Shown one piece after another: positions 12,737 through 27,190 of a stretch of 64,000 nucleotides of DNA (its first letter is position 1; the number at the start of each line of letters is the position of its first letter). The notes below the pieces were generated by a model, which searched no databases, had not been told where the DNA came from, and was given only the letters and a program-made list of their open reading frames with translations. The translations under genes were made by a program, and so were the position numbers. This stretch comes from Paramecium tetraurelia. Taxonomy: Eukaryota. The stretch is from positions 284,216-348,215 of the forward strand of contig CT868441.1 in the NCBI GenBank assembly GCA_000165425.1, read 5' to 3'.

Positions 12737-15592
12737 TCAAGTGCAATCTGTTTCATTTTGAAACAATTTTTTTAAGATTACATCTAAATCATCATTTTTA
12801 ACAGGTTTTTGGAGAAAAGTAGTGATTCCTAACTTTTGACCTTGAACAATATTTTCTTATGTGTCATATGCAGAACAAATTATAATCATTGACTTATTAG
12901 AAATCAAATCAAGAATCTAATTACTATAGATTATTACTTGTTTACTAGTTTGGAAACCATTTATTCCTGGCATTTCAATATCCATCAAAATTAATTTATA
13001 AGTTGAGCAATGTTATTACAACTTTTATTTTACTTTTTCAATTGCTTAAAATCCATCAAATGCTTAATCAGCCTCGATTTGATGATTATTGAGTATCATT
13101 TTTAGTGCTATTTGATTAAAAGGAATATCATCAACAATTAATACATGGTGACATTTCTAGCAGTAAGAACTATACCTTTTTGTAAAAGCTGAATCTTGTT
13201 ACTTTAGAAGACTTGTCTTAAAACCTATACATTTATCAGAAAAATATTCAGGACTAATAGGCAAAAGGATTTCAGGTTATTTTTCAAAGTCGTTCAATCT
13301 AGATGTGTTTTTATAACTGTATGAACTTTAATCTTAGTATTCCTTATCAATATCCATTCTAGAACTATTAGACTTGATTAATTTGCTGTCATCCAATTTT
13401 AGTTCTTTTAACTCGAATTAATCAATTGATTGATTAAATTTTCCGCTCTATAAAGTGAATAGGTGAGATTATAATAGATTGTTCTATAATAGATTTTAAG
13501 CCTTAAATTAAACTACAGTTCCTTAGTTTTTTCTGGAATTTATTATTAATTGATTGTCCTAAGATTCAACTAAACCTTAAACAAGTTTCGCTGCTATACT
13601 TAACCCCAATCCCTATTGTCTTGATCCTTAATGAGATTTCAATACAGCTCCAAATTCAATAGTGTCATGTATACTATTTTAGATTTAACTTAATTTTTGT
13701 TCTTCTATGCCAATTCCATTATCTTTGACTTTGAAAATGATACTAAAGAGATCACCTTCTGTAATTTTTAAACTAATTGACCCTCCTTCCTATGTAAATT
13801 TAATAGCATTATTTAAAATATTGACTAATAATTACACAATCCTCTACTTATCATTCTAAATAACTTTGCCATTCAAATTTTCAGAAACCTTAACATTGAA
13901 TTCGATATTCTTTTGTTTCATTTAGAGTTTGTACAAATGTTCAATTTCTTCGCTTATTTCATGAATTGCGAACAGGGAGACATGGTATGAAAATTGATAT
14001 GACTAAATTGAAGCATAATCCAAAATGTCATTAATCTGATGAATTAATAATGAGATAGAACATTAGGCTATGTCGATGTACTCCTAGAATCTAGTATTTG
14101 AATCTTCAATTTTCATAAGATTTAACATCTATGAGCAACTATTCAATGGAGTCCGCAATTCATGAGAAAAGGATTTAATAAGACTATGGTGTATTATTTA
14201 TTCATCTTTCATTTGTTAACATTTAAATTTGTTAGTGATGTTCTTGATAATGATAAGTAATACAGTATTCTCAACATCATTATTAAATGAGAAGTGACTT
14301 TTGCTTGAAGACTTAACTTATGAGGAAGCCGAGAAGTAATCCTATTATTAATTGGTCATTGAAGTTGGTATGAGTATTAATTTTAGTTTCTTTTATTAGT
14401 TATTGCTGAACCTACTCTCTGACTTCATGAGCCATTCATATATAAATATCTTTTAGTGAAATGATGGGTGCTTACTCTTTTACATATCATTCTAATCTAG
14501 AAGAGCAAGATATTTTGATGGCGATAGTATTATATCCAGGATATCAATAGGAATCTCTTTATCTGTGAGCGTCTTTATTATTTGCGATAGAGTTCGATAA
14601 TGTAGTTGGTTCTTTTCTTGTTTATTTGTCGATTCGCTTTCATCATCTGGAATCTTTGCATTTCTTACACACGTTTTGACCTTCTCCAATACTAATTAGG
14701 CACCTTAGCACTCTAGTATTTTTTCACATTTATTGTTAATATAACTCACTTATTGAGCCTAATTCAATATCAATATCCCATAAGGGAATAAATTTATTAG
14801 ATTTTAATAGAGCTAAAGTTTTGAATGATCTGAGCTGCTTAAACTTTTGTAAAATTTCTGAGATTTCGAAAAGCTTGTTAAATTTGAATATTATTTCAAC
14901 TTTTCTTCATTCGGGAGGTCTTTCAATAAGGTAGTGAAACACTGTTTAGGAGTTTGTATGAATGAGTTTCTGGGTTAAGATTTATCCTAAGAATGCATTA
15001 ATAAGTTTTCAGCATTAGGAGAGGCTGGATTCTCACATTTTTTGGGTAGCTATTATTCAGTCTTTTGATTGTTTTGTTTGAAATTAAATTAGCAGTAATA
15101 TGCTATTATTTAGTGGATTACAATAACAAATATAATAATTATGCTTTCTATTGCTTACAAACTTGGTAAACTTATAATTTATATGATATTTTTTATTAGT
15201 AAATAACAAGGCAGTCCTAACTTGCAAATGAAACTATATTTCTAAACTGCAATCTTTAAATAATCCCAATATGCAATAGTTATTATTAAACTATTAGATA
15301 AAATGCTAAATGAATTCTCAATCTCACTTAAGAACATCGATTCAAAGTAACCTACATAAAATAAGAGAGAAACTATATGTAGACCTAAATTGAGCCCATA
15401 GCTTTTTTCCATTAAAAAATACTAAACAAGCCTCATCATTAAACTTGCTGACTATAAAATTAAAAGTGTATAATTTATAGATTCTCCTCGAGATAACCCT
15501 ACAAAAAACCACCACAATCCTTAAACCAAATTCGCTAACAAAATTAATATTCTCGAAAATTTTTCTAAGAATTTCTTAAGTTCAAGTTTCAT
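12737..15592 (-). CDS. Membrane-bound hybrid sensor histidine kinase (TM region - HisKA - HATPase_c - receiver), ~951 aa
   Basis: H-box SFSHELRTPLN, N-box NILNNAIKFT, G1 VKDNGIGI, G2 GIGLGLSI, receiver IVDDIPFNQ...LILMDIEMPGINGF...FLQKPV. Hydrophobic N-terminus. Length 2856 nt is divisible by 3. Confidence 0.92.
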
Positions 15593-17463
15593 TAAATAAT
15601 TAAAATCAATTTTGAATAACTAATATTTTATAGAAAAATAAATTTAAGGATACTGTCTACGTCCAAGTAATTAATAATTTTAAGTGGAACACATTTAGCA
15701 ATTTGTAATATTGTTAAGATTTCAAGATCAGTTGTCATTTTCTTGATTTTTTTGTCAGAATTCCTTATTATCTAAAAATGATAAGTATAACACTATTATG
15801 TCTTTCAAATAATTTTTCAATTTATCTCCATTATACTTCGATCTTTGAGTTTACTCATTAAAACCAAAATGTTCAAATTCATAATCATAGTTTAATACTA
15901 CAATTTGAATAATTTAACTTTACATATCATGCTATTCAATATTAAGAATTTGTCTATTCAATTTAAGATACAAAAGTTAAACAGAATAGTTATAAACGAG
16001 TTATTAAGAAGTAAATATTCATAATTACTGTGATAATATGGAGAAGTTCTTTGATTAAATATTTAATTATTTATAATAATTTATACTAATTAATATCTGA
16101 ATCAATTACAAATTTGAAGGTACTTTCTAGCCAATATAATGTAAAGTTTGAAATTATTTTAGTCACTTACTAAAAATTGAAAATGTAATTTAATGTATTT
16201 TTTCTAGCTGTTTAAATTTAAGAAAAATTGATCATTAGAATTGAATTTTTAATATTATTTTATTTGTTGAAAAATTACAGAGTTACTTCTTTTATTTTAC
16301 AAGATACTAATACTTTGAAACTTTTTTATTTTCTATGATGCTTATTCTACTTCAATAATATACATAAACAACAATTAATGATAAATGGGTCTATATCTTT
16401 TTAAAGCTTTTGATTCTGATAGATAAAAATTTAGGAAATTCTAAATGGTTAGATTAAATATTAAAATAGCCTTTAATGCCGTTTGAATGAACTTCTTAAA
16501 TAATTATTAATTTTATGAAAAAGATAAGAGTTAGTAATCTTTTAAATTATTTAATATTAGGTATATACCATCATATATTGATTATCAATGAATTAATCTT
16601 ACCCATCCTAACTTTAGATTTTCCATTTATAATTTTTAGCCTCTACTTCCGATTTGAGTTAAAGATTGGAACTTAGGAATAGTTAGGGTTTTCCTAAGTT
16701 ATAAAAAATTTTGCCAATTTCAGAGAGAGAATGGTGACTTGTTCTTTAGTTAAAAGGCGAGTATAATAGAATTAATTAATAATTTTCAGTTTATTTAATT
16801 TTTCATCCTTTTAAAACTTGAGTCTAATTTTAATGATTAAAGTTTAATCTGATAATAAATTATTTCTTATTAATAATTCCTTCGAAAATGGTTTATCTAC
16901 TATATAACTGGTATTTATAAATTTAATTTATTGTAAAATCATTTTGAGAATGTATCGACATTTGATTGTTTAAAAATAATACAAGGCATACAAATTGATT
17001 AGTTATCCCAAAATTATAAAAGTTAACTTAATGAAAATCATAAATAAATTTTAGTTAATCAATAAACATAAAATTTTAGCTATTTAAGGAGATTATACTT
17101 CTAAAAATCAGATATAACTAGTTAATAAATATGCTTTATCCAGAAAGGAGCCTATTAAAGTTTAAAAAAAGGATAAACTAATATTATGGTGAATAATTAT
17201 TGATTCTAGTTATTTCATTATCTGATAAATCTATTATCAACCTCTAGTCTATTGGAAAAAAGAAACTTCATATTTAAATTAGAATGAATCCAAGCTCTAG
17301 GGATTTTAATATCCTATAGATTTCTATTAAATCATTCTATCTTTTATTAGCAAATAAAGAAAGTACTACAGAGAGTATTCATTATGATATATATAATGAT
17401 TATATGAATACTTTTTGATTATTTAATAAAATTTTCCCTATATAAATTTAATGAATCAATTCA

Positions 17464-20400
17464 TCAATACATTAAGTATCCTAAGAGAACAGCCACACCA
17501 AGAACGTATCCAGAGTCAGTTGAGGTTGAACCATTATTATTTGTTTCATTACCATTTGAAGAATTGTTTGGAGTAACAATGGTGGTACCGCATTAGGCGC
17601 ATGCACTGGTCTTGGAGTTCCATGAATACATGTAGGCTGATAAGGTGTAACATTCTGATTCAGCTAATGTCTTAGGATCTGCAGCTGTACATTTACCAGA
17701 TACTGTGCGGCAAATATTATACTTAGAGGAATCCCAGTTGGGGAAATATGTGCATCTTCCTTATGAAGCATTAAAAGTTTCGCAAGTGTGATCGACACAA
17801 GAACTGGCAACTGTTGCTGTAGAAGCAGTCCATTTACATCTATTTGATGCTAATTGACAAGCATTTTAATCTTTGGCAGCAGCAGTGCAATTGGTCATCA
17901 AAGAGCATTTTCCTGTTGTTGTAGTTCCAGTTGTAGTTTCAGTCCAAACACAAATTCCATCAGTTCCTGTAGTATTACATCCAGCCTTGGTTACATACTT
18001 ATCGCATGTGGTTTTAGGGATACATTTGGTTCCATCAGTAGTACAAGTACTAATAGCACTGCAAGTTTAAGTATTAGTACCACCAGTAATGTCATCGCAT
18101 GTCTTGACTCTGCAGGTTCCAGCTGCTCCAGCTGTACCTTCTGTCCATTAACATAAACCTTCAGTTCCCAATGCGTTTATGCATGCACTATTTGTTGTGT
18201 ACTTGGTACATGAATCTTTGGTGATACAAATTGTACCATCGGTAGTACAAGTAGACAATTGAGATGAGCAAGCAAGATGAGAAATTCCTACGAGATCAGA
18301 GCAATTTTAATCTCTACAAACACTTGTAGTGTCATCCCATTTGCATTAACCTGTTGATGTAATTTAACCACTTGAATTTTTTTATACACCATCTTTATTG
18401 TAATTACAAGCTTCCTTTACATATGTTGAACATGCGGCTAGTTCAATACAAGATGAAGTTCCATTTGTAGTACATTTAGGATTGGCAGTTTTGCATTCAC
18501 TGTGAGTTGTAAATAAGGCTGAATTGCAATTAACATATTTGGTGCAAACTTTATTAGTGGATCCTAAAGTGGCAACAGTTGTAATACATTCTCCATCTGT
18601 ACCTGTCACACATCCTCCATTTACATTAGTTTTGCCACATTGTGTAATACCAATACATTGTTATCCATCAGTTGTGCATTTATCTGAGATGTATTTACAT
18701 AGTGGATCATTACTCCATTTAAGACTTCTACATGAATCATAAAGGAAACAAGCTCCTTTAGTATTATCTGTATTAGGATAATCAGGTAACCAAATGCATG
18801 GTCCATCAGTACCAACAACACAAGCAGCTTCGACAGTGGTCAAAGAGCATTTCTAAATAGCAGCACATTTGCCACTTTTACCAGCTGTGCATTTGCCTTT
18901 AAAGTTCTTATCTGTTGGATTCTAACAAGCAGCATGAGATGAACCAGAAATATCTTTGCATTCTTAGTTTCTACAAGTAGATGTATCTGAGTCCCAAGCA
19001 CATATATTTTAAGTTGCATCAGTAGTACAAGCACTCTAAACTTTAGCTGCTGAGCAAGAACTCCTTTAAACACAGCCACCACCTTATTAAGTTGTGCAAG
19101 TGGATCCAATTTTGGGAGTGAAGTATTGTAAACATTAAGATTCAGAATTGTATTCTTTAGGAGCTGTATTACAAGTCTTTTAAACGCAATAAGCTGGTTT
19201 AGTTGTATCAGTAGGAACAATCCATTCACAAGGATTTAAAGATGTATCAATTGTGCATCCCTTTTAGCTTAAAGCCGAAGCGCATGTTCCTCTATTTACA
19301 CAGAATTTTCCATTTGTTGTACACTTTGAGTTCTTAAACAATGCTGCACATGTTGCATCATCAGTAAAAGCGTAATCTTCACATGTCTTAGTCTTGCACT
19401 TACTTCCAGAATCAATCATTGTGCAATAGGAGAGGTGATTTGAACAATCAGAAGCAGTTGCAGGACTGACTGCATTTTCACAAGTTCTGGTAGCACATGA
19501 TCCAGTACCAGTACCTTCCAACCAAATACATTTGTTTTTCTTGGAATCAGTATCCACGCATTGTCCCTTGCTCATTTCTTCACAGGTTTCTGGAATAGGA
19601 ACACATCCTTTGTCATCCTTGTCAACTGTGCATTTAAGATTCATTGGACTTCCATATGTAATACAAGCATCATGTGTGGTGAAACTATCATCAGCTTACG
19701 AGCAACTTGCATCTCCGCATTTTTTGGTTGTATCATTCCAATAGCAATTCAAGAAGTTACCATCAGCATCCTTATTCTTGCTCTTTTTACATTATCCTTA
19801 AGTATTGTATTCAGTACATAATACTAGTGCCATACATCCTCCTTCAGTGTATGTTCCATCTTCGTTTTTCTTTGCTCCCAAAGTGCAATTTCCTTTAGGG
19901 ATATAAGCTTAGCATTTTTCAAAATCAGTGTTGGAAGCAGGATCAGCAGATGTGCAAGTTTTATCAACGCATTTATTGGGTGTCTCTACTAAACTCCATT
20001 CGCAGTCTTTCTTTGTTGAATTTAGTTTACATTAATCAATGACTTTATAATCTGAACAAGCACCTAAATTAATGCATCCTCCCAATGTTGTTCCATCTTC
20101 ACCTAATTTAACTGTGCAATTTCCTAGAGCTATACATTTTTCGTGGGAATTATATGTTGAATCAGCATTAGTACATGTCTTATCATAACATTTACCTGGT
20201 TCAGTGTTAGTATTCCAAATGCATTTACCTCCTGACAAATTCTCTTCACATTAAGATTTTTTTGTGTAAACAGTGCATGCAACTCTCTTCATGCATCCTC
20301 CAGTTCTAGCAGTACAATTCTATTATTTTGCTGAGCATGTATCAATGGATGGACTTGCAACATCGGTTGTAGTTATGGCATCGCATGACTTTTGAAGGCA

Positions 20401-23400
20401 TTTTGATGCAGCTGTATCCCAAACACATGGTCCATCAGTAACAGCATAGGCACATTTCTCGCTTGCATCATAATCGCCACAAACATCTTCTTTGTCTATG
20501 CATGCAGTTCCAGCAGCATTTACAGTACAAGTCTTCAAGAAGTGGAAACAATTGAAGAAATTGAATGTTCCTTTAAAATCAGCACATGTTAAAGTAGGTG
20601 CTGTATAATCTTTGCATTTTGTAGTGGCACTAGAGTCAACAGTGCATGTGCTGCTAAACTCTTAACAAATATTGAAATTTAAGTTAGTTGTTCCTCCTAA
20701 AACAATGGCAGTACAAGCCGTAGTACCAGCATCATATTTTTTGCAAACTGTGTCTATATAGCAATAACCTTCTGTTGCCCAATAACATGAACCAAGATTG
20801 CTAGACGCCGTTTTATAATCTTCACATTTTGCGGCAACCACAACACAAGCTGATTAATCAGGTAATGCTGTACATTTTCCTCCACTGACATCTTTACAAT
20901 ATTTTGCAGTTATTTTAGCAGCACCTTATGTTCCAGTCTTGACATCACCACAGTTGGCATCAGCAGCTATGGTTTTCTAGCCACAAGTTGTTCCAGTAAG
21001 TTAGCAAGTTCCATCCTTTCCTTTTGTACATGTATTGGAAGTCAATTAAGAACAATTTTTATCTGCAAAGTAGTAGCATGTCTTTCCATCATTTTGTACT
21101 GAACATTCAGCATCAAAGGTTTAGCATGAATCGTAAGTCTATGGATCTGCAAGACTTGCACAATTAGGTTTGCATTTACCATTTATTCCAAAAATACAAC
21201 TACTCTTTAATGTTTTACATTCAGCGTCAGTTGTACCAGCAAGTTCGCTGCATTTTAATGTGGACACAGGCTTACAAGTACCAGAATAATAACAATCACC
21301 ATCTGTTTTAGCCCATTTACAATCCGCTGATTTAGTATATAAACTACAATTATCTTATGCAGTCAAGCATGCAGTTCCAGCCTGATTGGCAGAACAGGTA
21401 GCATCCAAAGAATTACAATAACCACCTGTGAGTTTTGCACCTTTTACTTTTGTGCAATCAAAGGTTAAAGTTTTACAAGCTGGGGGAGTAGCAGCGCCAT
21501 CCCATTAGCATTAAGCCTTATCTCCAAGGATTCCACCTAAGCAAGCTAATTCGGTCACATAATCAGTACAAGCTGCCTTTTTGAGTCCACATGGTAAATT
21601 AGTGAGAGTACATTAATTTGACTTGGCTGTACATTATGCATGTGTAATAAAGTCTTTTGTGTCTTCCTCTGTTTTTAAACATGCAGTATCAGCACACTTT
21701 GATGTTGCAGCATCAAAAGTACATGGAGCATCATTTTTATCTTTTTTACATTATGGTTCTTTTGTATATTAACTACATGATAATCTATCAACACATTTGG
21801 TTTCATCAGCACTAACTGTGCATTTCTTGTTAGATGCATTAGTGCAGTCAGTATGGGTCTTCTTATCTAGATTTGCACATACATTTCCATCTACACATTT
21901 ACCGGTTGTGTCATTCCAGAAGCAATTTAAGTATTCTGCTGGGTCTGTGTTAGCAACTTTCAAAATATTAGTTTTACAAGAATTCTTGCCTAAACCACTA
22001 CAAGTTGCAGGTATAGGAGCACATACATTATTTGCTGTTCCAACAACACAAAGAGGATTGCCATTTGCATCTTTCAACCATGCTATACAATCATTATGAG
22101 TTACTTCACCTCCTGTTACTACTACACTACCTGCAAAACCTTCTTTAGTTGCATTAGCACATGTTTTTTCATAACAAGTCTTAGTACCATCCCATAGACA
22201 TGTTTTACCTCCATTAGTTTTTGTACCTGCTACATCACATTACTCTTTAATGGTTCTTGACTCACATTTAGCAGCTAACTCCATACATCCTTTCTTTGTT
22301 CCATTTGGTACACAATTAGAACTTGGTTTATAAGCCTCACATAATTCTACTGTATAGTCATCATCAGTTTTAGTTGGTGCAGTAGTACAAACGATGTCAA
22401 CACAAGTTGATCCAGTCCAACCACATTTTTCACGATTAGCTTTCAATTCACAGTTCTCCTTAACAATTAATGCTGAACATGTTAATGGAAGATCTATACA
22501 TCCCTTCTTTGTATTTGACAAAGTACATGCAGGAAGATATTCTTAACATTATGCATGGGTTGTATTATCTTAAGATGCAGCTGAGCATTGTTTTTAGTAA
22601 CAAGATCCATAGTAAACGCAATCAGCACCAGACTTGTCCTTGACACAATTATCTTTATCAACTACGTTTTCACATAACAAATCAACACAAGTACCAGATG
22701 AACTAACCGTACATGTATTAATTTCTCCATTACATAATGAATGAGAATTAAGTCTAGTGGGTAAAGTAGCACATGTCTTATCTAGACAATTACCTCCTAC
22801 AGTGTCCCAATAGCAATCTTTATTATTTTAATCTTTAACACAAGCATCTTTTAATAATATGGCTGAACAAGTAGTATTGGAAATACATCCACCATCTTTC
22901 TTAGCAATGCATTTGCCATTTGGAAGATAGTCTTCACATCCAGCATTTGATATAATAGTAGTGGGAGCATTATCACAAGATCTCTTTTAACATCCACCAG
23001 CGTTGTTAGCCTTACCAGTACAAGCCTTAGAATAAGTTGAACATTAGTCATGACCGACAATATCAGTTCCTGCATTTTCACATGTCTTGTCTTTGCAACT
23101 ACCATTCCATGTACATTCTCTATTATTGTATCTATTAACAGCACATTATTCTTGAACAGAAGAACTTCCACAACTTGTATCATCAACACATCCAGCTCCA
23201 TTTGTTATACATGATGCCAAAAATTGTTTTTAGCAATCAGAATTGGTAGTCAATGTATTTGGGGCACTTGCACAGATCTTATCTTTACATTTCAAATCTT
23301 TATCTGACCAATAACATTCCTTTTTTGCACTATCAATTTTGCACCCTTCCTTTATTTTACCGTCTGCACATGTCTTAATATCAACACAACCTCCACCATC

Positions 23401-24165
23401 TTTAGCTGTACATGTTGGTAAGAAAGCTTGACAGTCAACATGGGTTTTAATATTAGTTGAAGCATTCTCACATTTCTTGTCAAAACATTTATTAGTAGTA
23501 GTATCCCAAAAACAATTAACTGATCTTGTCTTATTAGTTACACATCCTTCTACTGATACTTGATCTGCACAATTAGTTCCTGAATCTACACATCCTCCTG
23601 CAGGTTTAGCTGTACATTCAAACTTTAAATATGCTCTGCACTCAGAATCTTTAGTAAGTGCTGTTGGTAATTAAGCACATTCAGTCACATCAGAGCATTT
23701 CTTAGCTGTTTCATCCCAAACACAGTAATTTCCTGCCTTGTTCTAATAACAAGATGTTGATGTTAAGTAGGTTGAACATAAATCTATTTCTACACAAATT
23801 GTTCCATCTGTTATGCATCTTTTGGATATAGCTTAACAGTCATCCTTGATGGTTTTCTCATAAGGTGTACAACTTGTGAAGAATGTACATTTATTATCAA
23901 TCCAGGCGCATTCATTTAATTTAAGACAGTCTGTTTGAGCTAATCCTTCACAATACAAGGATTTTCCGTAATTCTTTGTAACAGTAACAGGACCTGTGCT
24001 TTAAGGAACTTCACAAGCTAATTTAGTTGTGTTCCATGAACAGTTTGAGTTTCTGGCACAATCACCGGAAGTTAAAAGCTATGCACAAGTACAAGCTTCA
24101 CTCTTGCTTACTACTTGACATGTTGCTATGCTTATCATAGCAATTATTAATAAAGTTCTCTTCAT
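17464..24165 (-). CDS. 51C: GPI-anchored variable surface (immobilization) antigen, serotype C type, 2233 aa, intronless
   Basis: Signal peptide MKRTLLIIAMISIATC, periodic Cys/Trp repeats (C.W....C....C) throughout, hydrophobic GPI signal ...DSGYVLVVAVLLGYLMY*. ORF is 6699 nt plus stop, the length I recall for the published P. tetraurelia 51C gene, and has no central tandem repeats. Confidence 0.9.
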
Positions 24166-25096
24166 TTTAAGTATTAAAATTAATAAATAATAATATGAGG
24201 TATTTAAAGGAAGCACCATTTATTTTTTTTTAATTTTCTTTATACGTCATAGAAGATTCATTTTTAAGGATCTGTTTTATTAATTTTAATTAATTGACAT
24301 CATTAATTAAATTATTAAACAAACTTGAAAGCTAATAACTGACTCTCCTACTTTTCTGCTCATTTATCACATTAAGCAAGCATAGAGACATATAAATTTA
24401 GTTTTGGATTAAGATTATTTGGATTTACACTTTATATATATAAATAAATGTATTTTGATATTTCTTGAGTCTTATATGTATTTGCATCCTTTTTATTAAA
24501 GGAATTCATGCAAATACTACTTAGCCTAAAACAGGTTGTTACTTTTAGAGCGGAAAGTTAAAAACTTTTAAAAAAAGAAAAGGTTCAAAATTATTTAGCA
24601 ATTATCTCGAGAATTATATAGTAACTTTCATAAAATTTAAGAATTGTATGAAAGGTATATGTGAGAATAGAATGAGAATAAAGTTAATAACAATTTGTGA
24701 AGCAAAATGAATAAATTGTAGTCTTTGATTTAACTCAAAAATTCGAGAAAAGAATATTTAAATTTGACTGAAATGAGGATATTATACTTTCAGGAAGGTA
24801 TAGAAATGCATTACCAAGTCTACCAGCTAAAATAGCTTCAGAAAAATATTTTGAAAATATAAGTACATTTCCTATTTCTGAAAACAAATAAAAGAAAGAT
24901 TCTAAGTTTAGAAAAATAATCAATTTGGATGCTAGGCTCAATACAGAATACTTTAGAATAGCCTCGAACTAATCTTCTTTAATAGACTAAAAATAAGTAT
25001 ACATTTTATCAAATAGATTATAATTCTAATATTTTATATTAATTAACAGAAATTTAATATTAAATTGATTATTCCTATTTTTTATATTTATAATTT

Positions 25097-26275
25097 TCAA
25101 TAGATTATACAACAGTTCTATCTATTTCCTCCTGCAGCTTAGACTTCCATATCGTATAATTTGATCAATCCTTCATAAAGTCTTTTTGTAACAATGGCTT
25201 CAGTCACTCCAAATCTTGCTGATGGTGAGATATCAGCTGTGCCTTCCTTGTCCATATTTGAATGTTCACCTCCAACTCCTCTTGCTTATAATCCTAAGGA
25301 TCTAGCGACTTCTTTCAATTTCTTTTCATCAGTTCCTCCCTTTGTGATATTTGGGAATTTGCCTAAAATAGATTGTCTCTTTCCAGTTCCCATATTGGTT
25401 GGACAAGTGGTAATAACACCATAAATAGGATGTTCAGCAAATTCTAAGCCACTCTTTTCAATGCCAGACAATAATTCATGGAGTGATTGATCCACTTTAC
25501 CTAGATCATTTCCTTGGACTATGGAGATGATTCTCAATTGATCCTCTTCACCAATCCAAATCATTTTGGTTTCATCCTCACTAATCCAAATTCCTCTTCC
25601 ATGTGGCCAATCTGATGCTACCCCTGAAGATGTCAAATGATTATCAGTTGTCATGTCATTAAATAAGAAGTGCTTATTTCTCAATTCATCTGCCTATTGA
25701 TTTGTGATCTAATTCTTGTGACCTGGAGTCAAACTGTGATATTTGCCTGGAATTCCGAAACTGCCAAATACTTCCACCATCTTATTCTCAAATCTGATTC
25801 TCTCGTCCTTATCCATTGAAGGAGGTAAATTCCATCCCTTCACATTTCGTGCCACTCTCGCTCTCATTGACACCTTTTCTAATCTTGAATCTATTTTTGT
25901 AAGAACATATTCTCCCACTGGGATGTTCCAATCATGTTCCTATTTGGTTTACCCCTCTATTTTGTGGTATTCTCTTATCAGTGGTTCTAAGTAGAAAGAA
26001 AAGACATCGTAATCCTCTGGTCTAGTAGCATACACTCCAACAGAGCTGTCATCATTCGATAAACCTCCCATCATCACATCCAAGAATCTTTATTGATCGG
26101 AATCAGAAAGGCCCTTCACTTTCTCCACTACAGCTGGTGTGAAATACTTATTTCCAAGACTGACTTTAATCTTTCCTAATTCAGTCCATCTGGCTTGGAC
26201 TTTTGCTAAATCTAACTTTCCTTCTGCATCCAAGTAGGCCTTTCTGGCATCATCTTTAAAGACACAAGTATGCAT
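25097..26275 (-). CDS. AK3: Arginine kinase (ATP:guanido phosphotransferase), 392 aa, with C-terminal CaaX-like tail
   Basis: Motifs DWPHGRGIW, WIGEEDQLRIIS, CPTNMGT, RGVGGEH and DISPSARFGVTE. Ends ...GGNRQNCCIIY*. The AK3 label rests on my recollection that AK3 is the prenylation-signal-bearing Paramecium AK, so the symbol is less certain than the family. Confidence 0.9.
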
Positions 26276-27190
26276 TGATATTTTATTTATTTGATGAAAT
26301 CATATAATATCTTTAGTCTTTAATTGCCTAATTTATAATAATCACACATTTATTATTTATTTATCACAAATAATTCGAACAATTGGTGCACGACAATAGT
26401 CCAATATTGACTAGAATCCAAGAGGAGACTAGTTAATTAACAAATTAAACATGTGCAAAAGCCAAATCTTAATACCTTATAATATAAATTCTTTTATTTT
26501 CAATAGTTGCACTATTAGTCTTCCTCTGATATTAATATAACCATAAAAAATTGATTACAATTACTCATACCAATATAGTTCTTTACGCAATTCTCTTTTC
26601 ATTCTAAAAACGAACAAATTTTTTCATAAGAATTATAATTAAATCGCTTATAAAAATTACAATATAAATAGTAATATCTTTATGAGAATTCAACTCCTCA
26701 GGACAATATCAATATCTCCTGATCGATAGCTATTATCTAAGCTGAATAAATGAATTCAAAATATTGATAGGTATTAATGCATAGAGGCTTCATATATAAT
26801 TTCTATATATAAAATAAAAGAAATTATTTGAAAAGTGCTATATAAGTTTAATATACTAAATACAAATGTTTGGATATAATAATTAAGTGAAAACTATAGG
26901 GTGAATTTTCAGTGTAGAGAATGCGATAGTTATTTAGTTTAATAGGAATTAATTTTTGGAATTTTAAGAGATCAAGTCTTAATTTTAATATTAAGTATCA
27001 CCTCATAATTTGTCAATTAAATTAATCTCAATGAATTAATTATTCAGCCGATAGAGATTCAAAGGGATGATTTACGATGTCTATTCGATCCAATGCAAAG
27101 CGACATGAATAATATATCTAACAAATTCTTATCTATGAGTTATTTGACAAAATATATATATATTAAATTATAGTTATATTCGGCTTAAAA

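Noticed and set aside
15600..17450. Long AT-rich gap examined as possible retained IES, transposon or ncRNA
   Set aside because: No terminal inverted repeats, transposase motifs or recognisable RNA structure. TA-bounded IES-like ends cannot be told from background.
17464..24165. Central tandem nucleotide repeats as in A/G-type antigens, or a CRISPR-like array
   Set aside because: Only protein-level Cys periodicity is present, with no near-identical nucleotide units.
24730..24990. Protein-like stretch upstream of 51C (KFEKRIFKFD*NEDIILSGRYRNALPSLPAK...)
   Set aside because: Internal TGA, no clear start and no recognisable family. Possibly a pseudogene remnant.
26680..27150. Partial open frames between the arginine kinase and the small acylated protein
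   Set aside because: No consistent ATG-to-TGA model or motif.
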